Positions 46,207 to 56,295 are shown, numbered from the stretch's first letter. The stretch is 64,000 nucleotides of DNA from an uncultured Nitrospiraceae bacterium (GCA_963705105.1 CAVPIW010000014.1:160001-224000), one strand, 5' to 3'. The notes: generated by a model not told the origin, from the sequence alone. Program-made: numbers and translations.

Positions 46207-46935
46207 CTATCCCGTTCCTCCCGACGCCAGGCCTATCGCCTCGGCGAGGTCGATGGCGCCCGAATAGAGGGCCTTGCCGGTGATGGCGCCCCAGAGACCG
46301 TCGATCTCCGTCAACCTGCGGATGTCGTCGAGGGAGGAGACGCCTCCCGAGGCGATCACGGGGATCGAGACGGCTTTTACCATCTCCCTCGTCTGTTCAA
46401 TGTTCGGACCGGTCATCATGCCGTCTCTCGCCACGTCGGTATAGATGATGCCGGCGACACCCCCGCCCTCCATCGTCACGGCCAGTTCCGTCGCCTTCAC
46501 ACCTGTTGTTTCCACCCATCCCTTGACGGCGACGAAACCGTTCTTCGCGTCGATGCCGGCGATGATCCTGCCGGGATGGGAAGAGCAGGCCCGTTTCACG
46601 AGGTCCGGGTTTTCGACGGCGATCGTGCCGAGGATGACCCTGTCGACGCCGAGGGCGATGAGCTGATCGATCGTCTCCATGTCCCGGATGCCGCCCCCCA
46701 CCTCGATCGTCATTCTGACGGCCTGCCGTATGGATCGTATGCTGTCGAAATTTTTCTGCCTGCCCGTGAAGGCGCCGTCGAGGTCGACGATGTGGAGGAG
46801 ACCGGCGCCGGCTGACTCCCATTTTAGCGCCGTCGCGACGGGATCGTCGGAATAGACGGTGGCGTCCTCCTTCCTCCCCTGGAGGAGGCGGACACAGAGG
46901 CCGTCTTTTAAATCTATTGCAGGAATCACATACAT
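46207..46935 (-). CDS. hisA: ProFAR isomerase
   Basis: [34 protein letters not shown]. Confidence 0.95.
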   Translation of the reverse strand: MYVIPAIDLKDGLCVRLLQGRKEDATVYSDDPVATALKWESAGAGLLHIVDLDGAFTGRQKNFDSIRSIRQAVRMTIEVGGGIRDMETIDQLIALGVDRVILGTIAVENPDLVKRACSSHPGRIIAGIDAKNGFVAVKGWVETTGVKATELAVTMEGGGVAGIIYTDVARDGMMTGPNIEQTREMVKAVSIPVIASGGVSSLDDIRRLTEIDGLWGAITGKALYSGAIDLAEAIGLASGGTG

Positions 46936-46975
46936 CGCTATAATATAACAGAAAGCCGTGCCGGATTGCCGAAAC

Positions 46976-47716
46976 ATGAGAAAGCACATACCCCTTATTC
47001 TTGTCGCCTTCCTGCTTTGCCCTCTGGCCGCCTCCGCTTTTTCCATTCCGGAAAAGCTGAGCTTCGATCTCCAGTGGACGGGGATCAGCGCGGGAAAAGC
47101 GGAGCTGGAGGTGAGGGAAAACGGCAAGCAGATCCAGCTCATCTCGAAGGCCACGTCAGCGGAATGGATATCCTATCTGTACCCGGTGAACGATCTCATC
47201 GTCAGTTCCCTCAGGAAAGAGAACGCCAGGGGGAAACCAGCCAACTTCGTCGGCTCTCCGCAGAACTACAGGGCCCAGGTGCGGGAGGGGAGGCACCGCC
47301 GCGACAAGGAGTTCATCTTTGACCAGGAAGGAAAGCGGGTCACATATATTAATCATGTTGCCGGCGAGCGCAGGGACTTTCCCATCGGCGGCCTGACCTT
47401 CGATCCCCTGTCGAGTTTCTTTTACCTGAGAACCATGCCGCTGGAGACGGGCAAGTCCGTCTATATCAACCTCTTCGACAACAAGAAGGTCTATCCCCTC
47501 GAGGTCAAGGTGCTGAAGCGCGAGACGATCGAGACGAAGCTCGGCGCCTTCAGGACCATTGTCGTCAAGCCGATCCTGAAGTCAGAGGGCATCTTTTCCC
47601 GCAGGGGGGATATCCTCATCTGGCTGACGGACGACGAAAAGAGGCTCCCCGTGCAGGTCAAGACAAGAATCGCCGTCGGGTCGGTCAAGGCGACCCTCGT
47701 GGGAGGCACCTACTGA
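46976..47716 (+). CDS. DUF3108-like exported protein
   Basis: Signal peptide; [31 protein letters not shown]. Confidence 0.7.
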   Translation: MRKHIPLILVAFLLCPLAASAFSIPEKLSFDLQWTGISAGKAELEVRENGKQIQLISKATSAEWISYLYPVNDLIVSSLRKENARGKPANFVGSPQNYRAQVREGRHRRDKEFIFDQEGKRVTYINHVAGERRDFPIGGLTFDPLSSFFYLRTMPLETGKSVYINLFDNKKVYPLEVKVLKRETIETKLGAFRTIVVKPILKSEGIFSRRGDILIWLTDDEKRLPVQVKTRIAVGSVKATLVGGTY

Positions 47717-48474
47717 TCCCCGCTTCCGTCGTCATCGTCACGAAAAACGAGGAGAGGAACATCGGCGATGCCCTCGAGAGCGTCGGGAACTTCGCTGAGG
47801 TCGTCGTTATCGACGACTTCAGCGCCGATGGGACCGTCGAGATCGCCCGGCGGTACACCGACAAAATACACCAAGTCAGGTGGCAGGGCTACGCGAAGCA
47901 GAAACAGACAGGCATCGACATGGCGACCCTTCCCTGGGTCCTCGTCCTCGACGCCGACGAGAGGGTGACCGGTGCGCTGAAAGACGAGATCGCGGGAGCC
48001 ATCGACAGAGCGGAGTGCGCGGGATACTACATCGCGAGGAAGAATTACTTCCTCGGCACGTGGATCAGGCACGGCGGATGGTGGCCCGACTACACGCTCC
48101 GGTTCTTCAGGAAGGACGCAGGCCGCATGGAGCAGCGGGAGGTCCACGAAAAGATCGTCGTGACGGGGAAGGTGGGGCATTTCAGGAATCCCATGACTCA
48201 CATCACCTACCGGACCCTGGCGGAGTATGTGCGGAAAATGGACCGCTATGCCTCCCTCTCCGCCCGGGAACTCCGGGACAACGGAAAAAACTTTTCGCCC
48301 TCTTCGCTCATACTGAACCCCCTTGCGACCTTCTTCCGCATGTATCTCCTGCAGCAGGGGTTCCGCGACGGCTTCCCGGGCTTCGTCCTCGCCGGCCTGT
48401 ACGGTTTTTACGCCTACCTCAAATATCTCAAGCTGTGGGAAATGGAGAGGGATCAGGGATCGAAAACTGAATGA
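47713..48474 (+). CDS. Glycosyltransferase family 2 (LPS/LOS beta-glucosyltransferase-like), probable CTG start
   Basis: Frame open from CTG at 47713: SVVIVTKNEE, DDFSADGT, LDADE, GGWWPD, GFRDG. Confidence 0.85.
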   Translation: MIPASVVIVTKNEERNIGDALESVGNFAEVVVIDDFSADGTVEIARRYTDKIHQVRWQGYAKQKQTGIDMATLPWVLVLDADERVTGALKDEIAGAIDRAECAGYYIARKNYFLGTWIRHGGWWPDYTLRFFRKDAGRMEQREVHEKIVVTGKVGHFRNPMTHITYRTLAEYVRKMDRYASLSARELRDNGKNFSPSSLILNPLATFFRMYLLQQGFRDGFPGFVLAGLYGFYAYLKYLKLWEMERDQGSKTE

Positions 48475-48497
48475 CCGAAGTCACATTCAGCAAGACT

Positions 48498-49679
48498 TTA
48501 AAGGCCAAGATCCATAACGGGCAAATCGATAAAATCACGGCAGATGGTAGTGGTCCCCTGATCGCTCCAGGCGGCCAAACGTCGGCCTGCCCAGTAGGGT
48601 CGTACGTCACTCTTGCCTACCCGAAATTCCAACTGATTGCCGCTGGTACACGCTGACGAGGAGCTGAAGCTTCCGTTTCCGGCGCCCGGCATGAAGTAGT
48701 TGATGTCGCTCCTTCCGTCCAGTATCCTCACCAGGATATGCATGTCGGCGCCGAACTTGTACCCGAACGTTGGGTCCAACGGTCCGTTCAAGACATAACG
48801 CACATAGACAAAACTGCTGTCCTGGGCCAGATAGACTTCCCTGATATCCCGACCGGCAACATTGCCGCAGTCAGGGCCGTCGGTGTCGAGATAGACCCTG
48901 TCCCGGTCGGTCCAGTCATTGAAATTGCAGTCGATTGAAATCGTCTTCCGCTTCACCAGAAAGATCGCGCATTCCGGAACGTTCCCCAGAAGAGAAAAGG
49001 ACGTGTCTTCATTGAAGACCATTTCCATTGTGTCCCCGTCCCGCGTACTCCACCATGCCCCCACGAAGCCTACGCCCCGGCCGCTCGTTCTGTTGAAGGT
49101 ACGCTGGTCACCATCCTCATCCACCAGGAGGGTAAATGCAGATGATGTCAATGAAACCACGGGAAGCTCGATGACGCCCAAAGGCGGACCCCCGCAATCC
49201 GCGAGGTTCGTGCTACGCGTGTCCAGTCGCAGGACCCCTGATGTCTCATTGTAGGAGTATGATCCGTTTGAGAAACGGCGCAGGTCGAATTGCTTCAGAT
49301 CAAGCAGGACCGGGCCTGACGGGACCAGCGCAAGGTCAAGCCAGTAACGGGTTCCGGTCAGGTCAAAACAGGGCAGGCGAAGGCTGTTACGAAGAAAGTC
49401 GAAGGTTGCACATTCGGAAACGTTCCCCGATGCGTTGTCGACACCGAACGCTTTGATCTCGAATGTCACCGAGTCAGACGGAACAAGTCCCAGGTCCAGC
49501 CAGTATGAGGCGTGGTCAAAGCTGAAGCACGGCACATGTATTGTGCCGGTGTTTGCATTAAAGGATGCACACTGGTCGGCTCGGGCGCCCGATGGCGTGA
49601 CCAGGAACACAAAGAGAGCAGTCATGAAGAAGAACAAAAAGCCTTTGATTATCCCTGAAAGAAAACCGGTTCTTTTCAT
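48498..49679 (-). CDS. Exported protein with two Cys-containing N-terminal repeats
   Basis: Signal peptide; two CA(S/T)F..PCF..YWLDL units; GGAGG RBS. Confidence 0.75.
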   Translation of the reverse strand: MKRTGFLSGIIKGFLFFFMTALFVFLVTPSGARADQCASFNANTGTIHVPCFSFDHASYWLDLGLVPSDSVTFEIKAFGVDNASGNVSECATFDFLRNSLRLPCFDLTGTRYWLDLALVPSGPVLLDLKQFDLRRFSNGSYSYNETSGVLRLDTRSTNLADCGGPPLGVIELPVVSLTSSAFTLLVDEDGDQRTFNRTSGRGVGFVGAWWSTRDGDTMEMVFNEDTSFSLLGNVPECAIFLVKRKTISIDCNFNDWTDRDRVYLDTDGPDCGNVAGRDIREVYLAQDSSFVYVRYVLNGPLDPTFGYKFGADMHILVRILDGRSDINYFMPGAGNGSFSSSSACTSGNQLEFRVGKSDVRPYWAGRRLAAWSDQGTTTICRDFIDLPVMDLGL

Positions 49680-49907
49680 ACGTCCCTCCATTTCTCTCAC
49701 TGTCACCGCAGTGCAGCGATGAATACCTGCCCGTAGTCCGGGAGCATGTTAGCATGCAAACCGGTTGAGTGTCAAAGGAAAAGGATCAGGGGATATAAAG
49801 GGATCGATCCGCAATTCAGGGAATGATAAGCAAAAGATACGAGGATTCCGAAATGTGGCTCTTGCCCGGCGGCACGTGGGACAAAAAAGACATGGCCGAA
49901 TTCAAAG

Positions 49908-50013
49908 CCGCGACGGCTTCCCTGGATTCATCCTCGCCGGCCTGTACGGTTTTTACGCCTACCTCAAATATCTCAAGCTGTGGGAAATGGAGAGGGATCA
50001 GGGGACAGACGGC
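49908..50013 (+). repeat. Second copy of the GT2 gene 3' end
   Basis: 73 nt identical to 48386-48458. Confidence 0.95.
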
Positions 50014-50072
50014 GACAGCCGGTAGCCGTCTGTCCTGGATATCCGGCTGCCGCCATCCAAATAAGATGCGCC

Positions 50073-50840
50073 TTACTTTTTCTGCCTGATGACGTCCTGC
50101 GCCTTCTGATAGCTCTCTATAAGGGCTTCGTAGTTTGGCGCCACCGTTGCATACAGCTTTGCGAGTTCAGCCGCTTCGGGCCGGTTCCAGGTCCGGTGAA
50201 TTTCACTGAGCACCGCGTTGGTGCTGGTCGGGATGACACCGGCCTGGGTGAAGCGGGCAAGGGTCGTTCTCGAAACCATCTCGCTCGGGTCGCCGGAAGC
50301 ATCGATCACGGCGTAGACCCTGAAGCCCTCCGCCTTCGCGTCCAGCGCCGGGAACATGACGCAGACGCTCGTCCAGACGCCGGACATGATCAGGGTCTTC
50401 TTGCCGGTTGCGCGGACCGCCCTGACGAAATCCTCGTTTTCCCACGCGTTCACTTCACCCTTGCGGGCCACGTAGACCGCATGCGGGGCGAACTGGTGAA
50501 TCTCGGGCATGAGAGGACCGTTCGGACCATTCGGCTCCGAGGCGGTCGTGATGACGGGAATCTTCAGCAAAGTCGCCAGCTTCGCCAGCACGATAGTGTT
50601 GGTCCGCAGTTCGGCCACGCTGATGTCCTTTACCGTCTGGAACAGACCTGATTGATGGTCGAGAAAGAGCATCACCGAATCCGCGGGGTCGAGGAGGGGC
50701 TTCACAGAGCCCTTTGCTGCCACGGGGACCGTCTGCTGAGCGGTCGCAGGACCGGCGTGGATCACAAATACTGCGACTGAGAACAAGATAAGAACAAACA
50801 ACATCATACCTGCAATTCTTGATACCCGAAGCGATTTCAT
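50073..50840 (-). CDS. YcaC-like isochorismatase-family hydrolase with signal peptide
   Basis: LDHQSGL, GPNGPL, NAW, GVWTSVCV..PAL, DASG. Confidence 0.88.
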   Translation of the reverse strand: MKSLRVSRIAGMMLFVLILFSVAVFVIHAGPATAQQTVPVAAKGSVKPLLDPADSVMLFLDHQSGLFQTVKDISVAELRTNTIVLAKLATLLKIPVITTASEPNGPNGPLMPEIHQFAPHAVYVARKGEVNAWENEDFVRAVRATGKKTLIMSGVWTSVCVMFPALDAKAEGFRVYAVIDASGDPSEMVSRTTLARFTQAGVIPTSTNAVLSEIHRTWNRPEAAELAKLYATVAPNYEALIESYQKAQDVIRQKK

Positions 50841-51076
50841 AACTGTCTCCTTTCTTTCTGCTGAGGTGTCTCTGAAACCCCATCCCCTAATCGAAGTATA
50901 TCAGACTTTTATGCGTTGTCAATCCGGCCGCATGGACTGACATGGCTCCACCTCACATGCACGAAAAGGCGCATACACCAGGCCTTTCATGAGTGCGCAT
51001 TGCAAAGATAAGGTCTATTGACAGGCCGGGTCATTCATGATAGGTTTAGAAAAACGGCAACGGCGGAGAGTGCACA

Positions 51077-51433
51077 ATGGCTTCATTTGCAGACGGGGTC
51101 CGTCTTTTCAACGAGAGACGATTCAGGGAGGCCCATGACGCATGGGAAGGTCTGTGGAAGCCGCTTCCGCCCTCACTGAAAAAGGACTTTCTCAAGGGCC
51201 TGATCCTCGTCGCTGTGGGTTTTCTCCATTACCAGCGGCATGAGTATCGCGGGACTCACAAGGCTCTCCCAAGGGCCATATTCCTGATGGAGCAGTCGAA
51301 AGAAGAGGCTCCCGGAATCGACGTAGATAGTCTGATTCGCCTGGTCAAGCAGTTCTATTCGGCTTTTTCGGCTGACGAGGGATCACAGTCTGACGATGAC
51401 TTCCCCTGCATCACCATGTCTCCCGGCAATTGA
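51077..51433 (+). CDS. DUF309 domain protein
   Basis: GVRLFN..F.EAHDAWE.LW, KGLI. Confidence 0.8.
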   Translation: MASFADGVRLFNERRFREAHDAWEGLWKPLPPSLKKDFLKGLILVAVGFLHYQRHEYRGTHKALPRAIFLMEQSKEEAPGIDVDSLIRLVKQFYSAFSADEGSQSDDDFPCITMSPGN

Positions 51434-51435
51434 CT

Positions 51436-51534
51436 CTACCGCCCATGCCACCCAACACGTTGTGCAATGCAATTTTAAAGTGACAACTTAATTTTGCATT
51501 ATGGGGGCGGGCCTGCAAGCGATGTGGAATTTCT
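51436..51534 (+). repeat. Direct repeat A (about 95 bp, internal AT-rich palindrome)
   Basis: Partner at 52959-53049; last 30 nt identical. Confidence 0.9.
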
Positions 51535-52586
51535 CAGCGCGGCGGCACCGTGAACCAGCCGCCTACCTTGGGGAGCAGAAACCGCTCCCGGTCGATCCCC
51601 TTGGCCTGCAGGGCTTCCGAAAGGGCCTGGCGTGGAGCGGCATAGGCTTCGTCGGCCATGGCAAAGACTTCGTGCTGGGTCCCCATGGCGTAGCCCTCCC
51701 CAAGGTCGAGGTAGGTTTGCACCGCCTCGGCGGGGGTCATGTGGGCATACTGCATGAACCACCGCGGCTCGTAGGCCCCAACCGGCAACAGACTGAACCG
51801 AGGGGGTCCATACCTGGCCACGAACTGCTCGGACAAGGCTTTCGCATAGCCGGCATCCGCCAGGAAGTAGATGGGACCACCCGGGGCCTCGACCACAAAA
51901 GCACCCCACAGTGCTTCACGCCGGTCAAAGAGGCCGCGGGCCGACCAGTGCTGCATCGGTTCGAGCGTAAAACGCACCAGGCGGTTCAGCTCAAAGCTTT
52001 CCCCCCAATCCAGCGTCTTGACCCGCATTCCGGGGATGGCCCGGAGCATGGTGGCATCGTTGCCCAGAGGGGCCAGCACCAGAGGGTTGAAAGCCCTGAA
52101 CAGGCGCTCGAGAGTCGGCAGGTCCAGGTGATCGTAGTGGTTGTGACTCACCAGCACCACGTCGATGGGGGGAAGATCTTCGAACCGAACACCGGGGGCG
52201 GAGACCCGCTTCGGTCCGGCAAAGCTCAGCGGGCTGGCCCGCTCCGACCACATCGGGTCGGTGAGAATGTTCAAACCCTGGGTTTGCAGCAGCACGGTGG
52301 CGTGCCCAATATAGGTCACCCGGAGGGTGTCGTCGGGAACCCTCACTGGAGGTGTTGAGGTGGTAACCGGTACGGACTCGGGCCACGGGCCGCGATCGGC
52401 CGTCAGGCGCCACTTGAGGAAGTCCCCGAAGCGGTCGGCCATTGGCGCCCAATGGTTGTCGAACTTCCGGCCGTCGAAGTGGGCGGTCACCGGTCCGCGG
52501 TAATAGCTGTTGCCGCATCCGGCAAAGAGCAGGACAACCAGCAGACAGAGAAACGATTGTGCCACCTTCGGCAAGAGCCGTTGCAT
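51534..52586 (-). CDS. MBL-fold hydrolase (RomA/NAPE-PLD-like) lipoprotein, integron-cassette-like
   Basis: Lipobox FAGC; IGHATVL, TDP, SHNHYDHLD, HWSAR, GAYEPRW; GTTGAGC core just before the ATG. Confidence 0.88.
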   Translation of the reverse strand: MQRLLPKVAQSFLCLLVVLLFAGCGNSYYRGPVTAHFDGRKFDNHWAPMADRFGDFLKWRLTADRGPWPESVPVTTSTPPVRVPDDTLRVTYIGHATVLLQTQGLNILTDPMWSERASPLSFAGPKRVSAPGVRFEDLPPIDVVLVSHNHYDHLDLPTLERLFRAFNPLVLAPLGNDATMLRAIPGMRVKTLDWGESFELNRLVRFTLEPMQHWSARGLFDRREALWGAFVVEAPGGPIYFLADAGYAKALSEQFVARYGPPRFSLLPVGAYEPRWFMQYAHMTPAEAVQTYLDLGEGYAMGTQHEVFAMADEAYAAPRQALSEALQAKGIDRERFLLPKVGGWFTVPPR

Positions 52587-52597
52587 ATTCAACCTTC

Positions 52598-52686
52598 GCT
52601 CAACGTCGCACGTCAGCCGCCGCCGAGGGCCAATTGCCCGAGGGAACCGCAAGCGACGCTTGCGGCGGGCGGCCGCAAGTGCTGGT
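52598..52686 (-). mobile_element. Integron attC site, cut at its R'' end by an intron
   Basis: Imperfect palindrome of about 90 nt ending in GTTGAGC (GTTRRRY), 11 nt before the cassette ATG. Confidence 0.7.
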
Positions 52687-52790
52687 GTACGCCCGGCATG
52701 GGCGTGAGCTTGTGGGGTGAAAGTCCCCTGTACGAGAACCTGAAAATGTTCATATTAATGGATGCTATCACAAGTACGAGCCGAAGGCAA
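52687..52790 (+). ncRNA. 5' fragment of a group IIC (attC-type) intron
   Basis: GTACGCCCGGCATGGGCGTG..GGGGTGAAAGTCCCC..CGAAGGCAAG resembles class C intron 5' ends; no RT ORF follows. Confidence 0.7.
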
Positions 52791-52958
52791 GAGCCTGCCC
52801 CGGACCTGATCCGGGGAGCAGAAAACGCATACAAGGCTCAGTCCCCGGGATAGAAGAGGGTAGGTCAAGTCTACACACTGTACATCTATTTACGTAAATG
52901 CCACGCCAGATAGGAATCCAACAGCCGGCGCCCTTTATCAGATGAACCCATACATGCA

Positions 52959-53049
52959 CTACTGCCCATACCACCAGACACGTGTACAATGCAAAATTAA
53001 ACTTAAATTTGCATTGTGAGGGCGGGCCTGCAAGCGATGTGGAATTTCT
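52959..53049 (+). repeat. Direct repeat B
   Basis: CAATGCAAAATTAAACTTAAATTTGCATTG palindrome plus GGGCGGGCCTGCAAGCGATGTGGAATTTCT. Confidence 0.9.
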
Positions 53050-53211
53050 TGCCGGTTTTGAACCGGACTGTCGCCTGTGGATCATTGATAAAGTGACAAA
53101 TTAAGACATACGTTCATCTGTATTCGTCTTTACGCCGTTTCAATCGTGAGGAATTTGATGACACGCTCTTTCTCATCAAGTGTGCAATGTGTAGACCTGA
53201 CCTGCATCTTC

Positions 53212-53328
53212 CAGCAGGGGTTCCGCGACGGCTTCCCTGGATTCATCCTTGCCGGCCTTTACAGTTTTTACGCCTACCTCAAGTACCTCAAGCTGTGGGA
53301 GATGGAGCGGAGTCAGGGAACAGACGGC
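53212..53328 (+). repeat. Third, more diverged copy of the GT2 gene 3' end
   Basis: Encodes QQGFRDGFPGFILAGLYSFYAYLKYLKLWEME; differences mostly synonymous. Confidence 0.93.
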
Positions 53329-53643
53329 ACTCCTGCAGTGAGTCTGTCTTCTAACGAGAACGAACCGCCTGAGCTGGTTGTCGGCAATCTTTACACTGCC
53401 CGATAGACAGCCAAGTCCGTCTCACCGCTTCGATCCGCATGGTTTGCCTCATTAGTTCTTTTCTTGTCAATAAGATGCACTGCCGGGCGAGCCTGATATT
53501 CCGCGTCCAAAGACTTCGAAATGTCACAACCTGTGTAAAGTATCCCGAAACGCGCGATTTCATCTGCCGAATGGAGGTTTTTTCTAACATCCTGAAAAGA
53601 AACAATTTTCTCATCAGAACACAAAGATTGGCAGATATCAATT

Positions 53644-53725
53644 TGTCGGTAAAATTTACATTGTGCACCCTGAGAAAATTATTTCATTATAATTAAATGA
53701 CTTACAAGTAGGCACCATTCTTGCG
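53644..53725 (+). promoter_or_regulatory. Enhancer (TGT-N11-ACA) plus sigma-54 promoter of a PEP-CTERM gene
   Basis: TGTCGGTAAAATTTACA at 53644; AGGCACCATTCTTGCG (GG-N10-GC) at 53710. Confidence 0.75.
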
Positions 53726-53778
53726 TTACCTAATTGTGGGTGAATTGTCACTAAAATCAAGAAAGAAGGAGGTGAATT

Positions 53779-54393
53779 ATGAAGAAGCTATTTGTCTCAG
53801 TCATATGCTTGGCGCTCGTCGGTCTTGGCATGGCTGCCACGGCCGCAGCGTTCTCGTACAACATGGGCGCCGATTCGTATGTCGACGTGACCCAAACAGG
53901 AGACCCTGGCCTCGTGATGTGGGCCGATGTAAACCCCCTTGACGATATCAGTTTTGACCTGGGTGTTAACCAATCTTTCACGTTCTACTTCGCTCAAATC
54001 GGGACGAGTGAGGGGTCGATCAATCGGGACGACACTGCCCAGAGGCCAGTTGTGGCGTATCTGGACTTTGACATTCCCAACATTATCGGAAGTGTCGGCG
54101 GGACGTCAGCGGGTTACACAATAGGTCTTGCTGGTTTCATTCAGGGCTGGAATCTGATTTGGAACGATCCCGTAACGGTGATTTTCGGAAGTACGGGGAG
54201 GTTTGCAATCGACCTTAGCGACGCCAGTTACAGTGCGGGATTTTGGCTGGGGCCGGACGGCAGCGACTGTGTCACTGCGACAATCACACATCTTGCTGAC
54301 CCTGCGGCGGTTCCTGAGCCCACCACGTTGCTCCTGCTCGGTGCCGGCCTTACAGGTCTCGCCATGACACGCAGAAGGATGAAGAGGAACTGA
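53779..54393 (+). CDS. PEP-CTERM sorting domain protein
   Basis: Signal peptide; VPEPTTLLLLGAGLTGLAMTRRR. Confidence 0.93.
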   Translation: MKKLFVSVICLALVGLGMAATAAAFSYNMGADSYVDVTQTGDPGLVMWADVNPLDDISFDLGVNQSFTFYFAQIGTSEGSINRDDTAQRPVVAYLDFDIPNIIGSVGGTSAGYTIGLAGFIQGWNLIWNDPVTVIFGSTGRFAIDLSDASYSAGFWLGPDGSDCVTATITHLADPAAVPEPTTLLLLGAGLTGLAMTRRRMKRN

Positions 54394-54423
54394 AGCAGAA
54401 GCTCGTCACAGGCTTTTTTCAGA

Positions 54424-54455
54424 AAGGCAGGCCTCAAGCCTGCCTTTTCTTTTTC
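54424..54455 (+). terminator. Rho-independent terminator
   Basis: AAGGCAGGC CTCAA GCCTGCCTT followed by a T-rich tail. Confidence 0.8.
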
Positions 54456-54677
54456 TATCGTGACAGCTTAGATCCAACGTGGCGGATGCTCTGGACTTCT
54501 TAACGCTGACAATATCGAATGAGGCTCACATAAGTTCTCGTCCTTAATGCTATAGAATGCTGAATTCCAATTTGTAACCCCTTCTCTCTGTAATGCTTAT
54601 CCCTTTGTCGAAAAACTTTACAGGTCGAATCCCTGAAATCTCACTGCCAATCACAGAGCGCAGGGGGTCAGCCCTTG

Positions 54678-56295
54678 ACGGGCTGTTGCCCAAAATGAGT
54701 TTTTAGAGCATCGAGTTCAAACATAACCCGTAGACATCACTTCTTCCGTGATATTGCTCGGAGGCAGTCACGGTGTCCATAATATGCCGCAATGACGGCC
54801 ACAATCAGAGACCGGATCGCCTTCGTACGGGCAGTTTCCACTGCCAGTGCTCTTGCTGCCGCCATTCTTTTAGGTTTAGCGGCTTTGGTGATCAGTACCT
54901 GGATGTTCTGAATCGCACAGGTCAGATACTCCTGTATCCGCATTCGCCACAGTCCCCGCCACCTCGCCTGATCAAACCCGTATCGTGTCCCCCTCGCAAA
55001 AGAACGCTCCATCAAGTGCTGCCTGGTTCGTATGTCCCGTCTCGCTTTGGCAGTCCGGCTTCCTTCAAGCATTGTATCAAGATCATCCTGCCGCAGATGT
55101 CTCTTGATCGTCCGGCCAGACACGTTCTTCGTGCATCTCTCCCTCAACAAGCACGCCGCACAGACTTTCCGGGCAGCGCTATAATCCCGGCTCTGTCGAC
55201 TCACATGCAGCGATTTGGGTTTCAGGACTGCCCCGGCAGGGCACTGGTACGTATCCGGTTCAGGGTCATACCGAAAGCTCTCCTCAGAAAACTGACACTC
55301 TCTCTCGGTCCGCCTCAGCGCACTGTCCCGTAATGCAGGGATATGGGCCTGAATCCCCCGATCATGACACGCAAGAAAGTTGTCGATCGTTCCGTACTTG
55401 CTGTCCGCAACAACAGTCTGTACCTCAACGCCCGTCGTCCCCTGGTGGGCTGCCAGTAACGGAAGCATCCGATGCGCTTCATTCACATCCCCAGGGGTCG
55501 CTTCGGTCGCCGTGATGATTTCGTTCTGTCCCTCAACCACACGATGAACCTGGTAGGTCAGCTTCGCCTTGCCACGGTTGACGATCGCCGCATCAGGGTC
55601 CGTGCTGGAGATATACCGGCTGTTCTTCCTTTCGTCTGCCCCTGACCAATCCGTGCTTTGCTGACTGTCTTCAAGTCGGGCTTCCAGCTTCTTGTAATTC
55701 TCCTTCAATTGGCCCTTCAGGCTCCTGGTGTCAATGACGGCGTTGTTTGATGCATTGGCATCCACGAGGCTGGAGTCCACAAAGATCTTGCTGCCGTCCA
55801 CAAGCCCCGCCTCCACACATTGGCCGACGACTCTCTCGAAAAATCCCCTGAACACCTCAACTCCCCACCGCTTCCGGGCTTTCGACAATACGCTGTGATC
55901 AGGCACCTCCCAGTTCAGGTCATACCCTAAGAACCACAGCCAATCCAATCGTTCCGGAACCGTTTCCATCAACTCCCGCTCGGATCGTACGTTGTACAGC
56001 ACAAGCAGAAGCATCAGCTTCAGTATGACAGGGGGAGGAACAGAGACGTTCCCGTTGTTCCCGTAAAGTTTCTTGACTTCCGCGTACACAAAATTGAAGT
56101 CAATGTGCTCTGTGATCTTTCTTAACGGATGGTCTTTCCGTATTCTCTTGTCCAGGTTGATGCCGACATAAAACAGGCTTCCCTGATACTCCTGCTGCAC
56201 TCCCATCATCGCTCGTTTTCCTCCATGCTCCGGGGTATACAGCATCATACCATGGGTCCTCAGGGCCTTCAAGACTTATTTGGGCAACAGCCCGT
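54678..56295 (-). mobile_element. IS1182-family insertion sequence
   Basis: Perfect 17-bp inverted repeats ACGGGCTGTTGCCCAAA / TTTGGGCAACAGCCCGT around a transposase. Confidence 0.88.
54737..56209 (-). CDS. IS1182-family DDE transposase
   Basis: MMG..LFY, HPLRKI, SERELM, PDHSVLS, VDSS, TDPDA, ADSKYG, CPAG, ERSFA. Confidence 0.9.
   Translation of the reverse strand: MMGVQQEYQGSLFYVGINLDKRIRKDHPLRKITEHIDFNFVYAEVKKLYGNNGNVSVPPPVILKLMLLLVLYNVRSERELMETVPERLDWLWFLGYDLNWEVPDHSVLSKARKRWGVEVFRGFFERVVGQCVEAGLVDGSKIFVDSSLVDANASNNAVIDTRSLKGQLKENYKKLEARLEDSQQSTDWSGADERKNSRYISSTDPDAAIVNRGKAKLTYQVHRVVEGQNEIITATEATPGDVNEAHRMLPLLAAHQGTTGVEVQTVVADSKYGTIDNFLACHDRGIQAHIPALRDSALRRTERECQFSEESFRYDPEPDTYQCPAGAVLKPKSLHVSRQSRDYSAARKVCAACLLRERCTKNVSGRTIKRHLRQDDLDTMLEGSRTAKARRDIRTRQHLMERSFARGTRYGFDQARWRGLWRMRIQEYLTCAIQNIQVLITKAAKPKRMAAARALAVETARTKAIRSLIVAVIAAYYGHRDCLRAISRKK

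Noticed and set aside
51534..52586. Metallo-beta-lactamase resistance gene
   Set aside because: Motifs fit RomA/NAPE-PLD-like MBL-fold hydrolases rather than class B beta-lactamases.
48352..53328. Diversity-generating retroelement TR/VR pair
   Set aside because: Differences between copies are not adenine-specific, are mostly synonymous, and no reverse transcriptase gene is present.
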